A DNA stretch of 63,420 bases, filler included, from Dimorphilus gyrociliatus (taxonomy: Eukaryota; Animalia; Annelida), in assembly GCA_904063045.1 (NCBI GenBank). It is 4 parts of 4 records of this genome, joined end to end, with 100 filler letters (N's around TTAATTAATTAA, not from the genome) between each part and the next. Parts side by side here need not be neighbours in the genome. Positions count along the whole stretch, not along the records: positions 1 to 27,415 come from CAJFCJ010000203.1; 3 more parts are not named here. One strand, given 5' to 3'. This document shows, one piece after another, positions 12,495 to 25,192 of the stretch. The position numbers were made by a program, and so were the translations under genes. The notes beneath the pieces were generated by a model. It ran no database searches. It saw only the letters and a list, made by a program, of their open reading frames with translations, and was not told the DNA's origin. Position 1 is the first letter of the stretch, and each line of letters starts with the position of its first letter.

Positions 12495-12989
12495 TGTAAC
12501 AAATCCACAAAATATGTCTGTAGACCAACTTTAAGATCTGCTGATGATTTCAGAAGTAGGGTTTTATCATTAGAGATTATAAAAGATGAAGTTAAGGAAG
12601 AAATAGGAGAACGTGTGCTGTTTACACAGAACGTATAGATTTATTAAAAATGAACGGATTTGATCTTTTATAGAAATGTATCATTCATTGATAACCAAAA
12701 TATTATCAAAGCATTACAATTATATATATAAATTAATATAATTTGTGTTTTTCTAGTATTCTATTGTATTAATATGGTTCTTTTATATAACACCTTTTCT
12801 TTTTAATTTTTCATAAATTAGTATAATTTTTTTTATATATGACATTTTGTTATTATGTTGGGTAAAATTTGCTTTGGCCTTAAAATAAGTAAAAACTTAG
12901 ACCGACAGTTTTTTAAACATTTTTTTATTTCAAGAATTTTCATCAAGTCAATAATTTTAGAAGAAGGATTTTATTTTTTAAAAAGTAAA

Positions 12990-13385
12990 TAATCATTGAT
13001 ATGATTTTCTCAAAAATTAAGGCGTATTTTAGGCCATTTACATTGGCATTCAATATTCTGAGTGTGGACATCTTTTATTTCTATATAAAAAAGCTCAGTT
13101 TTTTAGTTTACTGACAAATAAGCATGGTTATATGTTTACATTACAATAGCCTTTTGATTCATCAGTTTTAACTGAGGAGTTTTCTTTAACATTATCTAAG
13201 ATGATTTATCAAGGATGTACTTCTTTTCTTGATAGTTTTGAAAAAGCACTCTTTCGTTATTATACTATCCTTCTATCCTTGTTTTAATACTCTTCTTATA
13301 TTTCATTATCACTTGCTTAGTGTACCCGCGGACATTTAGATAACTTTTCTACCGTCCCCAATTGATTTACCATCCTATCAAACTT
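12990..13385 (-). mobile_element. Merlin/IS1595-like (ISXO2 DDE) transposase remnant
   Basis: The decayed minus-strand translation includes KSIGDGRKV, VKENSSVKTDESKGY and VHTQNIECQCKWPK, with stops. Confidence 0.65.
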
Positions 13386-13481
13386 AAAACTATAATAAAT
13401 AATTTATGATTTATGTTGTATTCTCTTTTAATCCTATCATATTTCGGTGCGCCTCAACTCGCCAACTGGCGAGTTGAGGAA

Positions 13482-15113
13482 AACTCGTCAAAACTTCCCT
13501 GAGGGGTTAAAATGCACCAACTCGCCAAATGGCGAGTTGGTAGTATAGGAAGAAAAAATTTTCATTAAAATTTTTTAAAAAAAAATTATCCTTAAAATAA
13601 AATTTAATTTTCAAGTAGCCAATCAACAGTATTTTCTAATGCAATTGAAAAACCATTATCTGTAAAAATTTCATAATTTTTTATTATTAATTGTAATTTG
13701 TATTCTTTCTTTAAATCGCTATTAGGAATTTCAATATTTCTTCCAGATAAAGCTTGAATCACTCTATATCGACATCTTTCCTCCTCTTTGCAAATTAGTT
13801 CATGAAATCGAGCTATGTTTGGATGAGCTATAATCGATTCTTGATTTAATCCTCTATGCCAGGCTTCAATAATATTTGTAGTTCGAGGTATGTTTTTCTT
13901 TATTCTATCAAAACATGACCAAAACTCGACACTATATCTTGGATGTATTAGCTGACGATCTTCAAATTTTCCAAGGTAGGTTCTCTCAAAATAATCAAAT
14001 AAAGCTTTTAACTTTTCATATTTTTCAGATTCTAATGTTAAATTTTTAATATCTTGGAAAGTATCGAATACATCCTCCACTGGATAAAAAACAATATTAA
14101 GCAATTTTCTTACTATTTTTCTGATAAAAAGGTTTTCTTTGTAGTCTTTTGTTAGTCCTAGCTTTTGTACATGTTTCCAAATAGACTGACTAAAATGAAA
14201 ACAACATCCATATACTTTTGTGCTGTTAAAGGTTGTATTCAATGAGTTGATTAATGCCTTTTCAAAATCTACTATAATATGTATTGGTGTAAAAGAACAA
14301 TTCTCTTTCATATATTTAAAGCATTTATTGTATAGTATCTCAGTTTTATTTTCAAGTAAAATAAAACATAAAGGATAGAACTTTCCTAGAACCTGACCCT
14401 GAATAGTTATCAACTGTTGAAAGCCGTTAGGAACTGATTTAAAGGTTCCATCAATCAAAACTATCTTCGACTTTTCTGTAATCTCTTTTTGATAAGTTGA
14501 TTGGAAAAATACAAATCTATTTGGCTTATTTATTCCGGAGTCGAATTGCAAAAACTTATCACCTCTAAGATTATATCGAAGACTCTCAGGAAAATCCGGG
14601 ATGTTCGGTTTTAAGCCACTAAATTTACTGTTTTTTATTCTATTGACATAATTTTTAAGCGATTTTTCTGTAGGCATCGCTGGTATTACTTCTGGTTTTA
14701 CACTAGACATGGCTCTGATAACTATATCGGAAGTTCTTTCGTTGCTAGTTAAACAGCTTTCCTTCATTTTTTGTCTCTTTAAATGGACTTCCACTTTTTT
14801 TTGGTCCGAATCATGATTATGAGCAACTGTGACAACGTATAATCCCAATTTCTCCTCCACAATTTTTCCTTTACATGATCTCTTCTGACATCTCCAGTAC
14901 TTTTTCCCATCAATTGCGCTAGATAAATTATAAATATAACCATTTAGTATGGCAATAGGCTTTCCTCGCTGACTCACACTAAATAAAATTCCTGACATTT
15001 TAAGGATAATTTTTTTTTAAAAAATTTTAATGAAAATTTTTTCTTCCTATACTACCAACTCGCCATTTGGCGAGTTGGTGCATTTTAACCCCTCAGGGAA
15101 GTTTTGGCGAGTT
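13482..15113 (-). mobile_element. Mutator-like element (MULE) with ~117-bp TIRs and an intact 464-aa transposase
   Basis: TIRs lie at 13482-13598 and 14997-15113 with near-perfect inverted identity. ORF 13604-14998 has FLYWCH (YWRCQKRSCKG..HNH) and MULE DDE motifs (IDGTFK, VDFEKAL, GCCFHFSQ, RTTNIIEAWH). I found no TSD. Confidence 0.95.
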
Positions 15114-15454
15114 GGTGCTGTGCCTTCATCCCACTATTTATATTAGAAAAGTTCAAAAAATCAATAAGGTCGACCATTAGTCTTTCATTAGTAGCAGTAG
15201 GTATGATTGCAAGATTTTTTTGTTACAGAGCTATAAGGATAAAATGGACACTTTCCAAAATAAATGGAAACTTTAAAACTTTATTTTTAACTTTTTTTAG
15301 TTTTTTTATCTTAAAGGTATTGTCAAGTAGTAGGGGTTTCTACATTTGGCATCAATTATAATGCCCTAAAAAATAAGATAAGATAAAACGAACAAGAAAA
15401 TATCAAAGGCTCGATGAAAACCTTTTCGAGCAAATTAAAAGACTAAAAAATACC

Positions 15455-16282
15455 ATGAAAGTACCCACAATTAGCAGCATAACTAATGTATCTAGGTCAA
15501 GAATTTATGAAATCATAAAATTTCTTGAAACAGAGCTGGATTCCGCCTTTTCCAAATTAGCAAGCAAAAAAGGACCAGCTTGGAAAAATAAGACTACTTT
15601 AAAGGCAAATATAATTGAAGTACTTAGTAAAGATAATGGTCTAACTCAAAAGGAAGCTGGAGAGGTTTTAAACAGTGAAAACGTTTCTCTATCTCAAATT
15701 AAAATGAGTATCTTGACAAAACAGGCACGATTAACAAGAAAAAGGTTGAAAAGAAGAGCGTCAGTGACATTTGAACAGTCACATATTGAGAAGAGGCACA
15801 ATATGCATCCGAAATGATGCTCAATAGGCATAAGCAAATAGTTTTCTTTGATGAATCAGGATTCAATTTACAGTTATTAAATAGTTATGGATGTTCACCT
15901 ACTAATACAGATCCGTTGATATCTGTTAATCCATCTAGAGGAAGAAATATATCCTTTTGTGCAATGTTTAGCCTAAATGGTATAATCGATTATACTATAG
16001 TTGATGGATCATTTAATTCAAACCAGTTTGGTGAATTTATACAAAGCTTCTTGAATCGCCATAGCCTTACAAATGACACTTTATTAGTAACGATTGAAGC
16101 TTTTATACACAGAACCGAACAGTCAGAAACATTTTCAGAACAATAATATTTTATTTAAGTTTCCTTCACCATGTCCTCCAGACTTTAATCTCATTGAGAA
16201 TGTATTTTCAGTATTAAAATCAAAAGTTTCTAGTAAAAGACCGTGTAACAATCAGTTCTATCCTAAAAAGTTATATTATTGA
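15455..16282 (+). mobile_element. IS630/Tc1-like (DDE_3) transposase, degenerate and frameshifted
   Basis: An HTH-like N-terminus is followed by IVFFDESGFN, FCAMFSLNG and PPDFNLIENVFSVLK, spread over three ORFs. Confidence 0.85.
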
Positions 16283-16443
16283 GGCATTGATTCATTTAAT
16301 GATAATAAACAAAATATTTTTCGTAATTTCTATCGTAAAATGTGGGAAAATCTAAATAGTGAGTTAAATCAATAAAAATAACATTTAAATGCAATGTTCT
16401 TTTAAATTATAAAAAGGTTAAAATTTTTTTTTAAATTTCCATT

Positions 16444-16791
16444 TTATTTTGGAAAGTGTTCATTTTCCCCCTGATAGCTGTGTATAACAGGTGGTTTAAT
16501 CTTTTTACAAAATTCGCACTTAGATGCAGAATTTTTGACGTCAAGCTGTTTTATTCCATAATATTTCTCATTTATCAACATAAAAACCTTGTTTATACCC
16601 AAACTAACTGGCTCATGGTATTTTTTGATTATCTTCTCTTTCAAAACCAGTTCATAATCACATATTACTAGTTTTTTCATATCATCTTTCCTTATAACAA
16701 TCTTACCATTTTTTAGACCCAAGTCTTTGATTCTCGTTCTAAAACTCTTCTTTTGTTCCTTACTGAGACCTTCCTTGTATATTTTATGCAT
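16444..16791 (-). mobile_element. Integrase zinc-binding (H2C2) domain fragment, retroelement/Ginger-like remnant
   Basis: IIKKYHEPVSLGINKVFMLINEKYYGI..VKNSASKCEFC resembles the HHCC domain; no DDE core follows. Confidence 0.55.
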
Positions 16792-17466
16792 GAGACCTCT
16801 AACTATGAAGGTTGTTTCAACTAATGATTCTATCTTTATTAAACTACCAATATTTTATTAGAAAAAAAAGTTTTATACATTATCTAATTATTTTAAAAAA
16901 TTATTTTACAAACCTTTCATACTGATCAAGATCCATATGTAGAAACTATTTCATGGTAATTAAGTAGGGGTCACAATTAAATACCAGCCTTTTTCCTAAT
17001 TTAGAACGAATTTAAAATTTAAGCAAGTCCAATTTGATCTATTTCAAAAAGTTAGTACGATCCGAACCCATATTATATAGGGTCACAATTAGATGCAACA
17101 GTCATACTATAAGTTATTATATTAAAACATTCGATTAATATATAAAACTGCTAAATATTCATTTAAATGTTAATCTTAAGATAAATTATATTTGATTTTA
17201 TTAATACTTTAAAAATTAAAAAACTACTTTATTGAGTGGTTTTTGGATAAATTAAAACGTGTTGTTTTTTAGTATTTGATAAATTTTTATTAAATTAATT
17301 AATGGAATAATTAATTACTAATTTAGTATAATTAATATACAAAAAAGGAAACTTAAAAATATACATTTTAAAATAGTAAATTGTCTTTTTAATTACAAAA
17401 AGTAGGATTCATTTTTTTAATTTATCAAAAGTTTTAATTATATAAAATTACCGTTGAACATAAGTC

Positions 17467-17907
17467 ATGATTTTTTTAAGAACAATAATTTTGAACTTTA
17501 GTTCTATTAAAACGTCAAGTTTTAGCTTAAATGAGAGTAGTAGTCACGACAACAGACTACCTACAAATAACTGTGTCATTTTTAATACAAATGAACTTAA
17601 AGGTTCTAGTAAGAGTGCTTTGAAGCCGTACTTTGATGATTTAAAGGAGGAAAAACTAAATACAGATACAAATATTGCTAGCTGGATATTAAATAGGTTT
17701 AGTGATTGGATACAAGACAATGAATCTGAAACTTTCAAGATACTTAATAATAAGAAAAGATCGTATCTAGAAATAGGTAAAGGCGAAATAGGGAATATTT
17801 TAAAGCTTTTGGGAAATAAAGAAATGAACCAAAAATTTGTTAAATTTAGTCAAAAGCTTGCAAATGAGTTTAAAAGCTTAGAGGCTAAGAATATGTCAAA
17901 AATATGA
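17467..17907 (+). CDS. Hypothetical protein, possibly with a signal peptide and extending by frameshift to ~18030
   Basis: 146-aa ORF with a mildly hydrophobic N-terminus; a Lys/Glu-rich frame continues after it. No family recognised. Confidence 0.4.
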   Translation: MIFLRTIILNFSSIKTSSFSLNESSSHDNRLPTNNCVIFNTNELKGSSKSALKPYFDDLKEEKLNTDTNIASWILNRFSDWIQDNESETFKILNNKKRSYLEIGKGEIGNILKLLGNKEMNQKFVKFSQKLANEFKSLEAKNMSKI

Positions 17908-18129
17908 AAAAGCTAACAGAAGATATAAAAAAGGTTACTGAAAGAGTTGCAAGTCAAATAAAAGAAGACTCTATACATAAAATAGAGAATGGAAAGAGAA
18001 CTGCCCTCTTTTACTTTATTCTGATGTAATTGCACTTCAATCAGATGGTCAGCCAAGCCAATTACTTTTAAACAAGATTGAATTTAAATTGCCATTTCAA
18101 AAGTATATTTGAGAAATTTAAATTTTTGG

Positions 18130-18620
18130 TGAAAAGATGTCATATAAATTGTTGAGAAAGGATACTGCTATTTGAGGTTAGAGAAATTGTAAGAAGAAGG
18201 ATATGCGATGTTTCGGAGTTTGTGAAAAAGTTTTACCTCAAATTTATTAGACTTAGAAGAAGCGATAGTAAAAGAAAATTCTCAAATTTGACACAAAATA
18301 GACTTGTTAAAATTATAGAAGAGACAGGACATTTAAAGAATGAGTATGGCAGAAAAAAGATATTAAAAATAAAGGTTCCAAAGAAGATATAATAAATAAG
18401 GATACTGACAATGAAGAATTATCAGAACAAGAAATCTCTAGTACTGAAACAGATAGAGAAAGGAATTTTGATGAAGAGATTATAGATGGTGATCTTGAAA
18501 TTGAGATAACTGATAATAAACAAAAATATCCTAATGTATTTGAAGAAACATCAGATGAAATGAGTGACAATTATGATGAAGAGAAAAAGGCAAGAAGAAA
18601 GGCGGAGAGGGAAAGGATAG
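18130..18620 (+). CDS. Fragment of an acidic (Glu/Asp-rich) coding region running into the N gap; possibly the 5' part of the LRR gene
   Basis: The frame DTDNEELSEQEISSTETDRERNFDEEIIDGDLEIEI...DEEKKARRKAERER is open to the gap, but is frameshifted upstream. Confidence 0.35.
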
Positions 18621-18680
18621 NNNNNNNNNNNNNNNNNNNNNNNNNNNNNNNNNNNNNNNNNNNNNNNNNNNNNNNNNNNN

Positions 18681-19742
18681 AAGATAAGTAATCTTAGAGA
18701 ACTCATTATTACTTTTTGTAACTTCGATGCAAATTCACTTAATATGTTATATCCGCTTAATAAACTTAAAAGTATAGTATTGTCTTTTAATAAGCATATT
18801 AGCTTCGTAGATTTTACATCTATACACAAGATTGATACTTTAGAAAGTTTAAAAATTTATGAAACATGTGAAATGATGGATTTTTTATCTGGTATAAATA
18901 ATTTACATAATTTGAAATACCTTAGCTTATCGGATAATGATTTTTACTTTCAAAAAAATTTTAGTCTAATTTTTGGTTTAAAGAACCTAATTGAGTTGAA
19001 TTTAAAGAATTGTCAATTTAATTCCAATTTATTCAAAATTGAAAAACTTGAAAAACTAAAAAGCTTAGATTTATCAGAAACAAGATCATTGAATCAAATT
19101 AACTATAATGGAATTTTTAAATTAGAAAATTTAGAAAATCTGAACTTATCGAACTGTTTTATACCAGAAAATTATCTGTTGAAAATTTATAATCTAACTA
19201 AACTGAAAAAATTAAATCTGTGTTATAACAAAAATCTTTCAAAGGACGATTACCAAAGTATATTTGAAATAGAATCACTAGAACATTTAACTTTATATAA
19301 ATGTGAGGTGAAAGAAGGATATTTGCAGAACATAGATAAACTTACTAATCTTACCTTTTTGAACTTATCTTTCAATGATAAAATTTGTATAAAAGATTAT
19401 AAATTTATATTAAACTTGAAATCGTTAGAAAGCCTGATTGTTTCTTTCTGTGAATTAAAAGATGAGTTTTTAGTAAGAATACATCAACTCATAAATCTTA
19501 CTACGCTCGACCTATCTTATAATAACAGCTTTACTGATAACTATTTTTACAATATATACAAACTAGTAGAGCTAAAACGACTATATTTAGAGAATTGTGG
19601 TCTAAACAATTCACATATAAAGGGACTTTCTAAATTAATAAAAATACGGGTTTTGAATTTAAACTTTAATGAAAATATATCAATGAAGTGTTTAGAAGAA
19701 GAAGATATTTTTAAAAAAAACTGTTATTTGAAAAAAGCTTGA
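18681..19742 (+). CDS. Leucine-rich repeat protein, 5'-truncated by the gap
   Basis: The frame is open from 18681 and carries about 12 LxxLxLxxN/C repeats alternating with a ~49-aa super-period. Confidence 0.9.
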   Translation, partial: KISNLRELIITFCNFDANSLNMLYPLNKLKSIVLSFNKHISFVDFTSIHKIDTLESLKIYETCEMMDFLSGINNLHNLKYLSLSDNDFYFQKNFSLIFGLKNLIELNLKNCQFNSNLFKIEKLEKLKSLDLSETRSLNQINYNGIFKLENLENLNLSNCFIPENYLLKIYNLTKLKKLNLCYNKNLSKDDYQSIFEIESLEHLTLYKCEVKEGYLQNIDKLTNLTFLNLSFNDKICIKDYKFILNLKSLESLIVSFCELKDEFLVRIHQLINLTTLDLSYNNSFTDNYFYNIYKLVELKRLYLENCGLNNSHIKGLSKLIKIRVLNLNFNENISMKCLEEEDIFKKNCYLKKA

Positions 19743-20164
19743 TTAATTCCAAAATAAGATTTAATGGCTAAAATTTTAGAATTTAATATTTTTTAATAAA
19801 CGAAAATTTTATTTTATTTTATATAAAAATTGGATTCTGTTTTTTTTCAAAGTTATCACTTAAAAGACTTTTTTACTAAATTAAATGTAGATATGTTTAT
19901 GTTTTGTTTGAATTATTTTATTACTTTTTAGCACCTAGTTTCAATTTTTGCTTATTTGAATTATATTTGTTTTCTGTAATGCTCTTACGCATTGGCCCGT
20001 ATAAAAATTTCAAATTTGATAAAACTGATTAGTTCTTGTAAATTTAACCACTACAAATTAAATATTCATTGTTTATAAATCAGATACATTTTATTAAGAA
20101 TAAAAATTGCAATTCTTTACAATTCATACGTTTTTTTTCATGTGTGTCATTCTAATACTCAATA

Positions 20165-21596
20165 CACTGGTGGAAAAAAAACCGGATACCTTAAAATAAC
20201 TCAATTTTAAATATTAACACATAACACAATCAATTAAAATTTATTAAATATTATGTAATCTTTCTTATACTTTTTACTTTTTTCTAATCTCCTAATAATT
20301 AATTTTTTTATAACATTTGATGAAATTTGTGGAAAAAAAACTGGACACCTGAAAAATTGATTGAAAATTAGATTGCCTCCATGTTACTATAAATTAAAGA
20401 TGTAGATCTCCCCTTATATGAGCAAGCATTGGTCAAGGACATGAAGCAATTGATATTAAAGTTAAAATCAGAGGGTTGCTCAATCAGGAAAATTTCAGAA
20501 AAAACGACTGTTCTGAGATATAAATCCAAGATGTATTAAGAAATATAATAGCATAGGGACTATTGAAAGATTACAAGGCTCTGGGAGAAAAAGCTCTTTG
20601 ATGGAAAGATTTGAACAATTTAATGAGTATTATTAATAGGAAACCATTTTTATCATCAAGGAAATACAAAAAATATGTCAATAAATGTGTGTACTCGCAC
20701 AATAAGAAACAATTAAATAAGCTCCATATTTATTCAAGAGTTGCAGCTAAAAACCTTTCTTGTCTAGGTTACAAAAAAAATAGATTAACATGGGCACTCA
20801 AAAACATTTCAAACACTGAAGATCAATGGAACAGTGTGATATGGAGCGATGAGTCTAGATTTAGATTGAGTGGATGTGATAGAAAAGGTTTAGTGTGGAG
20901 AAAGTCTGGTGAAAGCTAAAAGAAAATACTTTAATTCAACTATAAAATTTGGAGGCGGAACCTTGATGTATTGGGGATATATGTCATCAAAAGGTTGGGG
21001 AATCTAGTTAAAATAGAAAACACTTTAAATTCTATTGGTTATATTGATTTGATTTCATAAAATCTACAACAATCCGCCAATAAATTGTCATTAAATAGCT
21101 TTACTTTTCAGCAAGATAACGCATCTTGCCACGTTTCTAAAATACTAAACAATTTTTTGAAGAAAACAAAATTTCTGTAATGGACTGGCCTGCACAATCG
21201 CCAGATTTGAATCCTATAGAGAATTTTTGGGGGCTCATTAAAAATAAACTAGCGAAAAAATCATTTAAATCAATGATTGAGCAAAGAGACAATCATCAAA
21301 ATATGGAAAATATCCCAAACGAATTTATAAACAAAAGTTTAAATCAATGAAAAATAGGTATAAAGCTGTAATAGCCAACAGAGGGCCCAATTGATTATTA
21401 AACATTATTTTTTCGAAGTGTCCGGGGTCGAACAAATTTCATCAACTGTTATAAACAAATTAATTAATAAGAGATTAGAAAAAAGTAAAAAGTATAAGAA
21501 AGATTACATAATATTTATAAATTTTAATTGATTGTGTTATATGTTAATATTTAAAATTGAGTTATTTTTAGATGTCCGGTTTTTTTTCCACCAGTG
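20165..21596 (+). mobile_element. Tc1-family transposon (IR/DR type) with ~180-bp TIRs, TA TSDs and a decayed DD34E transposase
   Basis: Ends are TA|CACTGGTGG...CCACCAGTG|TA. TIRs run ~20165-20348 and ~21417-21596. Motifs IWSDESRF, KFGGGTLMYWG, FQQDNASCH and WPAQSPDLNPIENFW are present with stops and frameshifts. Confidence 0.95.
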
Positions 21597-21924
21597 TACT
21601 ATTAAAGCGTTATTCTAGTATATCTTGATTTATAAAAAGGCCATCAAGGATGTTTTGATCCATTTTGATGGTTCTATTAATTTAATTTTATAAAATTTTC
21701 TATTCCTTATACTGTTTGAGATATTTTAGTCACTACAATAGAAGAAAGAGCCCTTCTAGTGGGGTATTTATTAACAATTAATATACTTAGTTTTGGTAGT
21801 AAATCACAGATAAACACTTTTCTATGTAAAACTAGGAACATGATTTATACTGATGGAAAGTTATTTTATTTAAAAAACAATGAAAAAAAGTGTTTATATT
21901 ATAATTCTATCAAATAAAAAACTT

Positions 21925-22958
21925 GGATCTGGTGTATTTAATGCCCAAATAATAAGAAACTTATTTTACATAAATTTATTGAAAAACTAAATTTTTTTAA
22001 TTAATTTATTTTTAATAAACCTAACATCTTTTCAAAATAATCTTCTCTGAATTATCTCTCCACAACAACTCATTTAAATAAGACTGCAGGCGCTTTTTGT
22101 CAACACCCATAATTTCTTTAATTCTTCGTTTGTTTTTATTCCAATATGACTCGATATTCTGTGTATGTGTTCCTGTTATAGGATCTATAAAAAACAGGTT
22201 ATGGTTCACAGTTGAATGCTCTATACAAGATCTCTAGATATATTCTGGTATGAAGGTCCCTCGTCACTATGTATTATTTTCTGGTAAACATACATTATAA
22301 ATAATAGGTAATAGTGTTCTGGCCTTTCTATCTGGTACTATCTTCATATAACCTTTTGCTGGGTGGAAGCTAGTGTCTACTATCCCAAACACCCACACCT
22401 TCTCAGATCTTCTTCCAACGTTATTCTTGGCCTTATGACAAAAGAGACTTTCATCAATTTGACGTATAATTCCATTTCCTCCTAATTTGTTGGGGTTCAA
22501 TAAAATGCTCATTAATTTTTTTCCTGATTTTATGATGGTTTTTTATTAATGTTTTTTGCTGACTGAAATATCAATCAGAGTCTTTATTATACACTCTTCT
22601 TTAAAGCCGATATATTATTTCCAAAGTTGTTTTCATATCTAGTCTTATCCCTTCATAAAAGACCCAGTTCTAACACTTTTTGAAGTTGTATAATTACTAC
22701 AATTAACCTCATTACATCTCCAAGTTTCACCATCACTTATTTTATTTGTTTTTTGAATATCATTAATGACTCACAGGTGTGACATGGCATCTGAGATAAG
22801 ATAACTCCTTTTCTTCTAAAAAAAATAAAATTTCATTATTATTTCCAGAAAGTTAATTTCTATAAAAATCTTCATAAAAAGTCATATTAAGGGTTAAAAT
22901 AAAAAAAAAGTGAACTGATGCACTTAATGCCCAATTGGGCGTTAAATACTCCAGATCC
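21925..22958 (-). mobile_element. Merlin (IS1595/ISXO2-like) transposon with 24-bp imperfect TIRs, degenerate
   Basis: TIRs are ggatctggtgtatttaatgcccaa / ttgggcgttaaatactccagatcc. Motifs KLGGNGIIRQIDES, KVWVFGIVD and HTQNIESYWNK..YLNELLWRD are present. Confidence 0.9.
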
Positions 22959-23529
22959 ATAATTTTGGTTTTGCTATTTCCAGATGGCTATTTAAAAAAA
23001 ATATGAAAAAGAGGTGTTTCTAAAACTAGTCTCAATAATTTTTAATTAAAATGAGCTAAAATAATACTTTAGAAATGTTGTAAAAAAATTTTTTCCCTAT
23101 AGGAGAAAATTTTAACCCAGTATAAAAATTCATGTTTAACTATGATACTCAATTAAACCCTATATTAAACAATAAGCAATAACTAATAAGCTATTTAAGA
23201 AATAGAGGCGCCTTGAAACAGATGCTCTACTGTAGTATCTATGGCTATTTATTAAAAAAGGTAAGGTACAAAAAAGTATTTATGAGGAAGCCTGCAGGTG
23301 TTATATTCGTAATTGTGAAATTTTTTTAAAGTATATTTTAATAAGAAAGTATAGTTTTTTTTTGAAAACTTTAATATTGAGCTTCGTAAAATTAATGTTT
23401 GCTGTTATAAATGGTTCCATAATGTCAACCAGGTAAGTATAATTATGGAATTAGCAATTTCAAAAAAGAACAATCCAAAAAATATATAAATCATTAAAAG
23501 ATGAAACCGTACAATACTCTGAAAATAAT

Positions 23530-24030
23530 AATTATTTACTTAGAGGAGAGGCTACTATTTGTCAGGTTGATGAATCTATGTTCAAGTATAAACAAAAATC
23601 CCATGTAGGAAGAATTTCAAACAGTAAAATGTGGGGTTTAAGTATTGCTCTGATCGGTGTGTAACAACTTGTCCTGGGACGAGTTGTGGCAGGGTCATCC
23701 AAGTATTATGTAACATTAGTAGAGAATCGCCGTGCACAAACTCTTCTTCCAATAATAAGAGAGAAGTGTAGAGAAGGAACAATAATATGGAGTGATGTAG
23801 CTATAATAGAATAAGCCATTTAAGATTCAACCATGGAAAAGTGAGTTATAATCTTAATTTTGTGTGTCCTGTAACTGGAATACACACTCAAAATATTGAG
23901 TCAGTTTGGAATAAACTTAAATTAAGAGTTAAAAAAAATGATGGGAATTAGTGGAGATTGTCTAGATGATTATCTAAAGGAATGGATATGGAAAGATAAT
24001 ATAGCATTTACCGACTTTGAAAATATTTTT
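23530..24030 (+). mobile_element. Merlin transposase remnant (another family)
   Basis: ICQVDESMFKYKQKSHVGR, VENRRAQTLLPII..EGTIIWSD and HTQNIESVWNKLK..YLKEWIWKD. Confidence 0.85.
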
Positions 24031-25192
24031 TCATTAATAAACTTTTTATTTAATTATTTGTTAGAATGTAGGGGAAAGTTTACCCCAGACCCAAAATTTT
24101 TTTTATTTGTTTTTTATCACCTTCTCTTCAATCTCTCCATATTTTCGAAATACCAATTTTTGATTGAAGGAGTTTCTAAGTTCTATCTTGCCAAATAAAG
24201 AATTCTAAAAACTTTTTAACTGAATTTCTCCTTTTATATCTTTTACTCCATAAGACATTTATTAATTCCTTTTTATCTTAAACCCCACGTACTATTACTA
24301 AACGTTTTTTAGGTTATACTTTTTTCGATAAAATGAAGATTCATATACCTCAACTGTGATAGAATATCTATGTTAATCAATGCCCCCTATCGGACCACTT
24401 TAGTAAATTATGTAAATACAAAACACTTCTTCTAAAATTGTATATAATTGTAATATCATTTAAGATGAAATATTAAGGGTCCTAGAACATGCAATCTGAA
24501 TATTTTATTAAATTATTTGACTACTATTATGATAACTTGTCTTGGTTTAATATTAGATTTATCGAAAACATTATCTTAACTTATCAAAACTTCTATTTAC
24601 AAAATGCAAAATTACATCTATATCAATCTAGTTTTGTTTGTTCTAACAAGAAACTCATTGTATTTTCACATATATCATTCTATATGTTATAAGGTATTAT
24701 ACTATTTATTTCGAATATGTAAACCAATAATTCTATATTGCAAACTTGTTTTAATATATCGTCATCACTTAAATAAGAGTTTTACCTGATATTTTAGTTA
24801 TTAAACTTTCATATATTCATTTTTTTAGGGAATATTTTAAAGAAGTTTTAATTTCTCTATTCTATACTAGACTTTATTTTTTTTAAAGTCCTTAAATCAC
24901 CTTTTTTTAACATTTAAAAAACATTTTTTGTCGTGAATGTTTTATTTATACTAAAAACTAAAAATTTTAGAATCTATTTCAACTAAAAAAACCTGAATGT
25001 GTAATAGTAATTTTTATATATTCGAAAAATAAAAATATTGTAACCTTTATTTATTTATTTTTTGCTTTTTTGTATTAAAATTTCCCATACGGTGAAAAAT
25101 TAATAATATGTCCTAATTATAGTGCTTTATATTTATTTTTGAATTATTCTAATTACAACGCTAAAAATAAATTTACCCATATTGATTTTTAA

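Noticed and set aside
18551-18829. ORFs containing X runs (18551, 27468, and the ends of 31657 and 58453)
   Set aside because: They read through N gaps or spacers, so their listed ends are artefacts.
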